Positions 52,336 to 64,000 of a stretch of 64,000 nt of DNA are shown piece after piece. Location of the stretch: NCBI GenBank assembly GCA_951406725.2, contig OX597814.1:197098001-197162000 (forward strand). Reading direction: 5' to 3'. Every line of letters begins with the position of its first letter. Positions within the stretch are counted from its first letter, which is position 1. Under the pieces are notes generated by a model. It saw only the letters and a program-made list of their open reading frames with translations. It did not search any database and had not been told where the DNA came from. The position numbers were made by a program, and so were the translations under genes. This DNA comes from Octopus vulgaris (lineage: Eukaryota).

Positions 52336-53605
52336 TAGATATAATTATTATTAAATAATTTTCTGTAACATGGAAAAGCATTAGATGCAAATTATACTAT
52401 TGTTTCTGATTTTGGTCCAAGGACTTGAGATTTAAGGGTAAGTCGGATATATCGAGCCCCTTACTTTGCTGGGATTTGCTTCATCGACCATGAAAGGAGG
52501 AAAGGCAAAATATACTCTGATGGAATTGAAACTCAAAAGAAATATTGCTAACACTTCTGCCATTTCGTTACCTTAGCTCAGTATTATTTAAGGACATGCT
52601 CAGGAGTGTTCACGGTTAATAATATTGTGTGTGAACGCCCTCATAAATCATTAATGATCCCAACTTCTAGAAAATGTCTTTATAAATATTCTGAACTTGT
52701 GGACACTCTGGCTGAGTGTAGAGGAGTTGACTTCACACATATTAAATCCCAGGTGCGCTCCATCCGTGTGACATCTTATGCAAACTCGTTTGCAATTACC
52801 TCGAGTCTGCTCATGTCTTGCGGTGGAACTTGGATAGATTGAGGTTGTGATGAACAGTGCTTGTATATCAAATATGCTACAACTTTGTCACTTTTATGAC
52901 GCTGTTTCTATCTCAGAATAATTAAAGAGTGCATGTGTCTGAGGAATATTCAACCACTTTGAATGCTAATTTAAAAAGCAGGTCGTTAACTTACACACTA
53001 ATACCTCGACATTTGACGTGTGTGTCCACAATCGGCGACGGCTACCCCATAACACAGTGTACAGCAACGCTGTTATGGAAGCATTAGTTATAAATATTAG
53101 GATAGACACCAACCTTAAACAGAATACTGTATTTACTTGAAACTTTGCAATTTCCTTACTTTCTCAGCTCTTCTACACAACATTATTCAGAATTGGTATT
53201 TCTCTGTCGATATTTACGACACATTTTTCCTTTTTACCATGGAAAATAATTCTAATGTTATTAAGCGTTATGCGTTACTTGGTAGGCTGTCTGCAAGCTA
53301 AAATTCTGTAGTATCTCCGCATTGTAATTTTCTAAGACAGTTGCATTTGTACATCCCTACCACAGATTTTCCCCTTTAACTGACGTTAGTTGAATCTATG
53401 TGTTCTGGCGTGTGGATAGCAGATTTGCAATATTGATGTATTACGTAGTATATTTTGCAATATTGATGTATTTCGTAGTATGCTTTACTTCGAAGTCACT
53501 TTCAAAAACTTTCTTGTATAAGATCAATAAATCTGTACTCTACAAAAGTATACAATAACCCATAAGATTAATATATATATATATATATTTTAATGGACAT
53601 AAAAA

Positions 53606-53994
53606 TGTTGGTGAGCTGGCAGAATCGTTAGTACGCTGGGTGATATGCTTAGCGGTATTTCGTCTGTCGTTACGCTGTGAGTTCAAATTCCGCCGAGGTC
53701 GACTTTGCCTTTCATCCTTTCAGGGTCGATTAAATAATTACCATTTACGCACTGGGATCGATATAATCGACTTAATCCGTTTGTCCTCTCTGTGTTTAGC
53801 CCCTTGTGGGTAGTAAAGAAATAGGTATTTCGTTTGTCACCACATTCTGAGTTCAATTTCCACCCAGGTCGATTTTGCCTTTCATTCTTTTGGGGTCGAT
53901 AAATTAAGTACCAGTGAAATTCTGGGGTCGATGTAATTGACTAGTCCTCTGCCCCAAAACATCAGGCCTTGTGCCAATAGTAGAGAGAATTATA
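53606..53994 (+). mobile_element. SINE family B dimer (long-tail unit then short-tail unit)
   Basis: Junction gtagtaaagaaata|ggtatttcg at ~53823; 14-bp TSD AATGGACATAAAAA at 53592-53605 and 53995-54008. Confidence 0.92.
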
Positions 53995-54639
53995 AATGGA
54001 CATAAAAAACAAACACTAGTTTACAAATATATAAGCTATATATGCGTATGTGTGTGTACACAACGGGCTTCAACACAGTTTCCGTCAACCAAACTGGAAG
54101 ATACTTCCCCAAAGTGCTTCGCAATGGGATTGAACCCGAAAGAACGTGATTGTAAACGAGAGCTTCTTAACCACACAGCCACGCCTGCGCCGATCAATCT
54201 TGCTTAACATTTTTCAATTATATCTTAAAAGATACTTTAAAAGTTTCCTTTGTCACTTGAAAACAATTTACATATATTTTGAAAAACTTGCTTAAAACCT
54301 TCAGCAATCAGGAATGATATATAAGGAAAACCTTTAAGAGTATTCTAGAAATCTTCGCATTTCGATTTTTCGGAACGCCTCTCTGCCCGTGGATGGATAA
54401 GAGAAAACTGGCGATATCGTTAATATTTTTAGGGCATTACGATGGTGATAAGAAGAATTGGTTTAATGACATTTCAAATGCCTGGCAGCTTTTATTGATG
54501 TTGTTCCTAATCTCTGAGTTCAAATCCCACCGCACTCATTGACTTCGATCGATAATATAAGCCGCAGTCTGATTTTGGAATCGATTGTCTAATTATACCC
54601 TCCCGAAATATGCGTTGCTCTGTACCAACGTCACTATAA

Positions 54640-54650
54640 TAATGCTGATG

Positions 54651-54705
<55 letters not shown>

Positions 54706-54753
54706 CAATAATAACAATAATAATAATAATTATAATTATCATCATCATCATTA

Positions 54754-54788
<35 letters not shown>

Positions 54789-54891
54789 GGTAATGTTGTT
54801 GTTGTAGGTGTTTTGTTACTATTTTCACATTATTTTATGACTACTACTGATGATTATGTCGCTTCTATAGCTGTTGTTGTTGTTGTTGTTG

Positions 54892-54941
<50 letters not shown>

Positions 54942-55282
54942 GTAATTGTTAGTGTTTCGTTTTGTCCGTCTTTACGTTCTGATTTCAAATTTCGCCGAGG
55001 TCGACTTTGCCTTTCATTCTTTCGGTGGGATCGATAAAAAATAAAAACCAGTTACGCACTGGAGTCGATCTAATTGACTTACCCCCTTCCCCTGATTTGT
55101 TGGCCATGTACCAAAATTTCAAACCATTAACATTAACATTACTATGGTTCATATCATAATCATTATCATCATCATCGCCATCATCATCATTAATATCTGT
55201 ATTATTAGTTTTATTTTAGCTATTTATATTTACATCGCTATTAACATTGTTGCTGTTATAGTTATTATTATCATAGGCATCA

Positions 55283-55325
<43 letters not shown>

Positions 55326-55330
55326 CATAG

Positions 55331-55406
<76 letters not shown>

Positions 55407-55411
55407 CATAG

Positions 55412-55465
<54 letters not shown>

Positions 55466-55890
55466 GTATTATTATTAATATTATTATTATTATTATTGTT
55501 ATTAGTATTAATATTATTATTATTATTATTACCATTATTATTATTACTACCATTATTATTATTATCATTATTACCATTATTATTAACATTATTATTATTA
55601 CTACCATTATTATTATTATCATTATTACCATTATTATTACCATTATTATTATTACTACCATTATTATTATTATCATTATTACCATTATTATTAACATTAT
55701 TATTATTATTACCATTATTATTAACATTATTATTATTATTATTATTACCATTATTATTATTATTATTATTATTAACATTATTATTATTACCATTATTATT
55801 ATTATTATTATTACTACCATTATTATTATTATTATCATCAATCATCATCATTGTCATCATAGCTATTACAATCATCAACCTCTATCGTCA
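54640..55890. repeat. (AAT)n/(ATT)n arrays enclosing a family-B SINE (~54950-55125), with a 54-nt higher-order unit
   Basis: An 18-triplet unit starts at 55549, 55603 and 55657; source of the poly-I/N/L ORFs. Confidence 0.95.
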
Positions 55891-56162
55891 TCATAGTTGT
55901 GATTAGTTGTCAACATTTCCACTGTTTTTAGTCGTAAGTTTTTCGTTATTATTATTTTTTTTTCCAAGTAATTGTAAATATCTTCTTTTTCAACTTCCTT
56001 CCTTTTGCATGTTTATCCTCGAAGATATCCAAAGTATAGAAGGAAATAAATAGAATCTTTCACGAGCAACAATTGACAGTAACTTCACACAAAAAAAAAG
56101 AAAATAAGAAATACTAACATCTTTACTGCAGGATATCAATGGTTTCTTCCCATCTCACTTCC

Positions 56163-56198
<36 letters not shown>

Positions 56199-56596
56199 CA
56201 CACATACTCATGCGCACACACCTCCACACACAGTCATATAATATAAACACATAGAAAGAAAATGAAACACATATATTGTTATTGAAGCAGACGACACTTG
56301 TATAACGAAGACAGAGGCAGGGGAGAGAGAGAGAGAGAAAGCAAAAGCATAAATACTTAAATATATTGCCGTATAGTTTTGCCATTTTTGAGTAATAGTA
56401 ACTTTTCTCTACACAAATGAATTCATGAATTACTTTTTACAAATAATTTCTATATACATATCAAAAGAGCACACTTCCTGAGGCATGCTGTTAAGATATA
56501 TTTTTCAAATATTACTTGTCACTTCTGAAACAATATGGATTTCAAAAATCATTGATTGAATTTGCTGAGAATGCTTCCGTATATATTATTATTATG

Positions 56597-56645
<49 letters not shown>

Positions 56646-56646
<1 letters not shown>

Positions 56647-57134
56647 GGCGACGAACTGGAAGAATCGTTAGCACGCGGAACGATATGCATAGCAGCTATT
56701 TTGCCTGTCGTTACGTTCTCAGTTCAAGTTCCACCGAGTTCGATTTTGCCTTTCATCCTTTCGGGGGTTGATAAAATAAGTACCAGTTACACACTGGAGT
56801 CGATCTAATCGACTCATCCCCCGCCTCTCCCAAGCTGTCCTTGTCGCAAAAATTTGAAATAGTAATAATGATAATGATAATAATGATAATAATAATAATA
56901 ATTATTATTATTATTATTAAGATGGCGAGCAAGCAGAATCGTTTGCACGCTGGACGATATGCATGGCGGTTATTTCGCCCGTCGCTATGTTCTGAGTTTA
57001 AAAATCCACCGAAGTTGACTTTCCCTTCAATCCTTTCGGAGTGGATAAATTAAGTACCAGTGAAACACGGGGATCGATTTAATCGACTAGTCCACTTCAA
57101 CCAAAATTGAAGCCTTGTGTCTCCAGTTAAAAGG

Positions 57135-57179
<45 letters not shown>

Positions 57180-57240
57180 TGGGGCAGCGAGCTGGCAGAA
57201 TCGTTAACATGCTGGACAAACCGATAAGTAGCATTTTGTC
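56646..57240 (+). mobile_element. Head-to-tail family-B SINE cluster separated by (ATT)n/(AAT)n
   Basis: Copies at ~56646-56860 and ~56920-57135, plus a head at 57181-57240. Confidence 0.85.
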
Positions 57241-57537
57241 TATCGGTCAGTTTTACCGAACCGCTAAGTTACAGGGACGTAAACACACCACCATCGGTTG
57301 TTAAATGATGTTGGGAGGACAAACACAGACACACAAACATATACACACACATACATATATATAGATACATACATATATACGACGGGCTTCTTTCAGAGTC
57401 CGTCTACCAAATCCACTAACAAGGCTATGGTCGGCCCGAGGCTACAGTAGGAGACGCTTGCACAAGGTGTCAGGCAGTGGGACTGAACCCGGAACCATGT
57501 GGTTGGTAAGCAAGCTACTTAACACACTGCCACTCCT
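57240..57537 (-). mobile_element. SINE family A, 3'-truncated, fused to a B head
   Basis: ccgaaccgctaagttac...tacgacgggcttctttcag...gactgaacccggaaccatgtggttggtaagcaagctactt. Confidence 0.88.
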
Positions 57538-59037
57538 AAATCATCATAAAGTTATCAGATATGACCTGAACTTAACAAACGAAAACAATTAAAATAATCG
57601 GATTATGACAGACTTCAAAATTGGCAAATTTACGGGTTTAAGAGATAAGCTTAGGGAAGAGGTGTGGTGTGATTTTACTCCCAACAGCTCAAGAACAAAG
57701 AAATACATGTGCTGGGATAACATTAGCATTATTTCATAATGACGAAGAAGGAAATAAATGAGGTTATCGGCCTCAAATTTTATGGATTTAAGCCCTGAAT
57801 ACAGAAATTTTGATGAAATGCTTCGAAACATTATTTCGTTCCAAGAAAGCCGTTCTGATCTGAAAATAATAAACCAAAAAGGACGAAACGCAGGATCAAG
57901 AATCGTATACGTATTAGGAAAAGTATTTATAGAATATTAATTATAAAGGAGAGGAATTTAAGGCATCAGAAATGAATCAGAAAAATACACGTAGGGTTCA
58001 AATAGGTATCGTTACTCCTTCAAATAGGTATCGCGCTTTTTATTCTGCTCCGATAATGAGTTCGCTTGAAACGTTATTCAAATTATCTCCCTTTTTCTCA
58101 TTTACCGTGTGTGGACGTGCGTGCGTGTGCGAACATGCGTATGTGCGCGTATGTGTGTGTATATGTTTTGTGCAACCCTATTTGAATTTTCGGTCTTCTT
58201 GTCACCTCTTCTGTCAATCTGTTTGTTATTTAGCCCCTCATTCGAGCTATACTATTTCATTTTATAATCGTGCTGGCACACAGTAGTTAAAATATATTCT
58301 AATAAATCTGTAAAAAAACTACGAAATAAAGATGAATGACATATAGGAAATGAATTTGAAAATTACTGAATATTTACGGTTTTAAGTTGATTTCATATAA
58401 AGTTTGCAAAACTATTTCCAGTCTGCAAGCTACCCCATTGTGGACCAGTTATAGCTTCTTCGTGTAATATATATAAATATAATATATATTAATATAAGTG
58501 TATAAAATAATAAGGCGCAATAAAAAATTAGGTTTTGTATGAGAATTTGAGTGATTTAACAAGAAAATTCTGAAAGGTTCCTATCATTAGTAATACCAAA
58601 CGTTTGATGACTACACACTGTGCTTTGATTGGTAGTCGAGAATGTATTCTCTGCAAATCCATATATACTAATGGATTTGTGAAATACTATAAGCATACAC
58701 ATCATAACAACACCATTCCGCCAAACTATAACACTGTAACATATTATGTAATCTGATGAATTTTCCTCTGCACTGTGGAGTGCAAGTAATTTCATTATAT
58801 TGTTCCCCAACCACTAGGGAGCAGTGCAGATATAAGCCGAAACGCTCGTTCACGGGTAGCCTTCGAGTTTTTCAATCTCAAGTGATTTCGTAGCCGAATA
58901 TTTATAGCTTTAAACTTGCTTTGAGATCCACTGTTCCAAAGCCGAACTAGTTCATGCTGCCTTCAGTTCTATTAATTCCTATGACGTCAACATGTGCGTT
59001 TGTGTCTCTTTCCAAAGAATTTTATGAACGAAAATAT

Positions 59038-59256
59038 GTTTCTGTTTTTATTGCCCACAGGGCGCTAAACATACAGAGGACAAAAAAAAGGAGAGACAAA
59101 GCGATTAGGTCGATTACATCGACCCCAGTCGGTAACTGGTAATTATTTTATCGACTCTGAAAGGATGAAAAATTAAGTCGACCTTGGTGGAATTTGAACT
59201 GAAAACCGCTGAGCATTTCGCACGGCGTGCTAACGTTTCTGCCAGTTCGCCGTCTT
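59038..59256 (-). mobile_element. SINE family B monomer (long tail)
   Basis: Module plus head; probable TSD AACGAAAATAT / AATGAAAATAT. Confidence 0.85.
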
Positions 59257-59880
59257 CAAATGAAAATATTTACCGAGTGAAAATAACCCATACAACTAGC
59301 AAGATTAATTAGAGACACTATCTAGATTCATAGTATATTTATTTACACAGACACTAATATAGAAATACAAATACACACACACTAGATTTCTGTCTCCCTC
59401 TCTATCTCTTTATACTTCCCTTTCTTTATCTCCCTCTCTATCACTCTATCTACACGTGTCTCCTTTTCTAGCTCTCACACTGTATGTATATAATTGTTTT
59501 AGCATCCTAAAGGGTATCTTTTACAGACAATCCTTTCATTACATTATAGCGGTACATGCGGGTTAAATCATGAGGAATGCGAAAAGAAAATGCCTGGGAA
59601 ATTTTGAAGGTATAGCATCTGAAATCTTGCACGATAACAAACGAATTGTGGAATTAAATTAAATAACGAATAATTTGATATTAAAAGAAAATCACTCTTT
59701 ACTCTAATCCAATTCATATTCTTTTGACTGCGGGTAAGATAACAATAGCAGACACATAATATAATTCTCGAAGAAATCTGCCGTACCATACAACTGTATT
59801 ATTTGTAGTCCAGATAAGAGACTTAATTTTCAAATATCGAATCCCCTAAAAACCTACATCATTTAATATGATATCTATCG

Positions 59881-59989
<109 letters not shown>

Positions 59990-60712
59990 GCGTGTGTGTG
60001 TGATAATAATAATATCAAAAGTAATAATAATAATAATATCAATAATAATAATAATAATCCTTGTGTTATAATTTTGTTTTTAATTTAATGTAACCGTTCA
60101 CAAAAAAATTGAATCTTATATATTGAGCGGATTAATGCTCAAAACTGTTCTTCTGGATATCACAAAAAAGTGCTTTCATAAATTAAAAAAACGTTATCGC
60201 TGTAATCAATACCAATCGCAGTTATCAATACACGTCATCCAATTCTAAACACAATTGTATTTTTAATATACTGATCGTTCAGGCTGATTTAAACCATTCA
60301 CTATTTTGTAATCTAATGCTGATGGCTGCGAAGCAAGAGATATTATGGTTCCACTGAATGCTAATTCTTAAAGCAATTTCGATTTTCAGTTCTTTCTTAC
60401 TCGATAAGAAATTGTGATTAATAAAGAAAAGTTTTGACATGTATTTCACAATGGTATAAAATAGATATACTTTATAGTTTCTCAGACAAATACCAATACA
60501 CACACACACACACATATATATATATACAATATATATATATATATACACATATATATATACATATATATACGTATATATATACGTATATATATATACTTAT
60601 ATATATATATATATACGTATATATATATATACGTATATATATATATATACGTATATATATATATACGTATATATATACGTATATATATATATATATATAC
60701 GTATATATATAC

Positions 60713-60752
<40 letters not shown>

Positions 60753-61469
60753 AGTTCGGTTATGCTTAGCTATAATAATAGCCAGTCGTTAGAACTCAAT
60801 ATACGAATGCTTTAGAGTAAGACTTTATGCAAGTACAAAGGTTAATATGAGTTAATAAATGACAAGGGAACAGGGATTATGTTAGCAATTTCATTACAGT
60901 TTACATTTCTTCCTCCCATAAGATGTAGTGCCTTCATAGTTGAATAGTGCAACATCATATGCCTGCCTGAGAGCCAAGCATATGATGTGTGAACACCCAG
61001 CTATGTGTGAACTTACAGCAGAAAATTTTTTAGCTAGTCAAATTAATAACGTAATATATATATAATCTTATTTAGCAGCATACCATCAGGCAACCGTTGT
61101 AAATGTACCTGAGGAGTGGTAGTGATGTTGATTGAGACCAAAATGGGGAGGATTCACTGCTTTGTTGAATTTTATCTCTGTTAGTTCATGGTTGATATTC
61201 CGTAACTTCTACATACGTTTTAATCATCCAGGTTTAGCAAAATAAATACTGATAACCTGCTATTACCTACTCGGTTTACTGCATTTCTTCCAAGTTATAA
61301 TATAATTGTTTCTTTGATAAGAAAACAAAAGTCAGAATTCATAAAGAAGTATCAAGCGCAAAAATTGGATCGAGAGAGTAGATAACTACCTAAAATGCAC
61401 CCCAGGCTCTATTTTTGATCTTTCTGCATTCTGGCAATGGATAGATTGCGTTACCTATAAAACGATAAA

Positions 61470-61769
61470 CGTTGCCCTTTTCAAGCCTAGCCAGACTCAT
61501 GGGCCCGATTTCCCGGTTTCCCTGGCGAATGTGTTCCCCCCAGCTAGACGTGACGCCAGTCCATCGCAGCGTTACTCAAGAATCAGGAAGAGAGAGTGAG
61601 AGAAAGTTGTGGCGAAAGAGTACAACAGGGGTCAACACCACCCCCTGCCGGAGCCTCGTGGAACTTTTTAGGTGTTTTCGTGCGATAAAAACACACAACG
61701 CCCGGTCTGGGAATCGAAACCGCGATCCTCCGACGGCGAGTCCGCTGCCCTAACTACTGGTCCATTGCG
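61470..61769 (-). mobile_element. SINE family C with C2 tail
   Basis: Reverse-complement homolog of 33339-33638. Confidence 0.9.
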
Positions 61770-62449
61770 TAACAGTAATATTACTGGAAATCGAGGAAGC
61801 TTAGGCTACAGACTAGTTGAATACAACCGCCTGATGTCGATCAAGTTTTACCCTAACATTTCCAAAGCAGAAGGAACTCAGAAAGAAATCCTAGATATAG
61901 CATTGCGCGGAGAAAGAAATGGAACGCAATTTTAATCATAAATTCGCTTTATCAGGGATGATATGAGGTTAAACAACTCCAAGAACGACAAGCAGTGATA
62001 TGGCAGTAATATATACCAGTATCATAATGAGATCAGTGAAGTCGACTGAAGTCCTCGGATGGAACAATTGTTGTTCTCTGCCAAATCACAAGAAATCAAT
62101 ATCGGAGAGTGAAAAGGAATTTGAAAAAAAACTTTGGGAATCCATGTCGTTACGGCTGTTTGGGCATTTAAACCATGCGTATGACATTAGGCTTTAGTTT
62201 ATTGTTCAATAGCTAAACTAAAATTGACAGTCGGTCTGGCCAGGTCATGCATGCATTTCCTTCTAATTTTGGTACACAAATATTTCTATACACAATGAAG
62301 GCTAAGTAACATACACATAAATATAAGAAACTATGGGAGCAGCCCTCACCATATATAAGCATATATACGTGTGTGTGTGTGTGTGTGTGTGTGTTTTCGT
62401 TACGAACTGTTGCAAAACAAGTTACTCGATACATGAGAAAGTAGTTTTA

Positions 62450-62498
<49 letters not shown>

Positions 62499-62503
<5 letters not shown>

Positions 62504-62885
62504 CAAAACGCCCACCACCGTCCAATGAACGGTGCTGCGTTGTCAAACATTTAAACCAAATTTTCTCAAAACAACTTGTCCGACCGTCCCATAGGCCACC
62601 CCTTTGACAAACACTGACTTAACCTAAATTTAAGACACCAGCAAAAGAAGAAATAAAGATAGACTTTTTTCTATTCTAAGAAAAACGATTTTATAAATGC
62701 TCGGTCCCACGGCTTTATCGATCGCATTCTCACCTGGAATCGATTTTTGTAATTTTTCAAGACTTATACACGCCCTGATACTGTCGGTATCTACATATCA
62801 AATTTGAGCGAAATCGGATGGAGGATACCCGAAATCCTAGAAGATATACACACAGAGAGACAGAACGGATTTTATATAATATATA
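62499..62885 (-). mobile_element. Second non-autonomous Helitron-like element
   Basis: Minus 5' end tatataaaatccgttctgtctctctgtgtgt...ccgatttcgctcaaatttg; subterminal hairpin caccgtcca-a-tgaacggtg (62516-62534); the 3' CTAG is degenerate and both ends lie in (TA)n. Confidence 0.6.
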
Positions 62886-63066
62886 TATATTTATGTATGT
62901 ATGAAAGTGCGCGTGTATGTGTGTCTTTGTATGTATGTGTGTGTGTCTCTGTGTATGTACATGTATGTATATGCATGCGTACATATGTCTTTGAATCTTA
63001 GGCGTTTAAGTAAGTTTTTGAAGGTTAAGTAATATGATTCTCTTAGAATTGAGACCTTTTGAATGT

Positions 63067-63460
63067 GATGATGCAAGCACTCCGTCGGTTACGACGACGA
63101 GGGTTCCGGTTGATCCGAATCAACGGAACAGCCTGCTCGTGAAATTAACGTGTAAGTGGCTGAGCACTCCACAGACACGTGTACCCTTAACGTAGTTCTC
63201 GGGGATATTCAGCGTGACACAGAGAGTGACAAGGCCGGCCCCTTTGAAATACAGGTACAACAGAAACAGGAAGTAAGAGTGAGAGAAAGTTGTGGTGAAA
63301 GAGTACAGCAGGGATCACCACCATGCCCTGCCGAAGCCTCGTGGAGCTTTTAGGTGTTTTCGCTCAATAAACACTCACAACGCCCGTTCTGGGAATCGAA
63401 ACCGCGATCCTATGACCGCGTGTCCGCTGCCCTAACCACTGGGCCATTGCGCCTCCACAT
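63067..63460 (-). mobile_element. SINE family C with C1 tail, full length
   Basis: Head GTGGAGGCGCAATGGCCCAGTGGTTAGGGCAGCGGAC, B-box GTTTCGATTCC; TSD TTTTGAATGT at 63057-63066 and 63461-63470. Confidence 0.92.
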
Positions 63461-63799
63461 TTTTGAATGTAAATACAAATTTTAATGCAAAAAGCGCGCC
63501 TGTGTGCTCGAATTCGGATTACGCATATGTTTTCCCACGCAGTCACTGGTTCTCTCACATTTACTCCCTCGTTACTCTAGTCTCTCTGACACTTCCGCAT
63601 GTATGTTTATCTGGAATTTGCATACTTTGGGCCGATATTAAAGAATTTGTCTATTCCATTTTGAATCTAATGAAGATAATGAGATCTTCACTAAAACGTT
63701 AGTAATTTCCCCTACATGTTTGTTCCGTATTTATGATGAGAACTTCTTTCATTTTGTTTCCACGGATAAATATTGTTATTCTTAAGTATAATGCTAGAT

Positions 63800-64000
63800 A
63801 TATTTCTTTACTACCCACAAGGGCTAAACACGAGGGGACAAACAAGGACAGACAAACGGATTAAGTCGATTACATCGACCCCAGGGCGTAACTGGTACTT
63901 AATTTATCGACCCCGAAAGGATGAAAGGCAAAGTCGACCTCGGTGGAATTTGAACTCAGAACGTAACAGCAGACGAAATACGGCTACGCATTTCACCCGG
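63800..64000 (-). mobile_element. SINE family B (long tail), runs off the window end
   Basis: tatttctttactacccacaaggg...ggatgaaaggcaaagtcgacctcgg...gaactcagaacgtaac. Confidence 0.92.

Noticed and set aside
55144-55906. 200-250 aa poly-Ile/Asn/Leu ORFs
   Set aside because: Translations of (ATT)n arrays, open on both strands, with no complex sequence.
63385-63460. tRNA genes at SINE heads (also 2593, 33339, 44391)
   Set aside because: A and B boxes are present, but they continue into SINE bodies and tails with TSDs, and I could not confirm a full cloverleaf.

Overview
AT-rich, microsatellite-dense animal genomic DNA (intergenic or intronic). I infer an octopus/coleoid cephalopod from the SINE repertoire. 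No intact protein-coding gene, rRNA, true tRNA gene or CRISPR array is supportable, and almost all listed ORFs are microsatellite or SINE artefacts. The window holds dozens of copies of at least four tRNA-derived SINE families (my labels A-D), many with target-site duplications (TSDs). It also holds two decayed Tc1/mariner transposases (DD37D/maT-like at 23.2-24.3 kb; DD41D/rosa-like fragment at 49.0-49.4 kb), mariner-derived MITEs, a Merlin-like MITE with a partial tandem duplication, and two non-autonomous Helitron-like elements. Most notable: (i) a dispersed ~170-190 bp repeat (family E, 5 copies) with a minimal hammerhead-ribozyme-like motif of the Penelope-associated type; (ii) family-B SINE dimers/trimers with two recurring microhomology junctions, three of them inside single TSDs; (iii) head/core/tail shuffling among SINE families. 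Coordinates were read by eye and may be off by a few bases at diverged ends.
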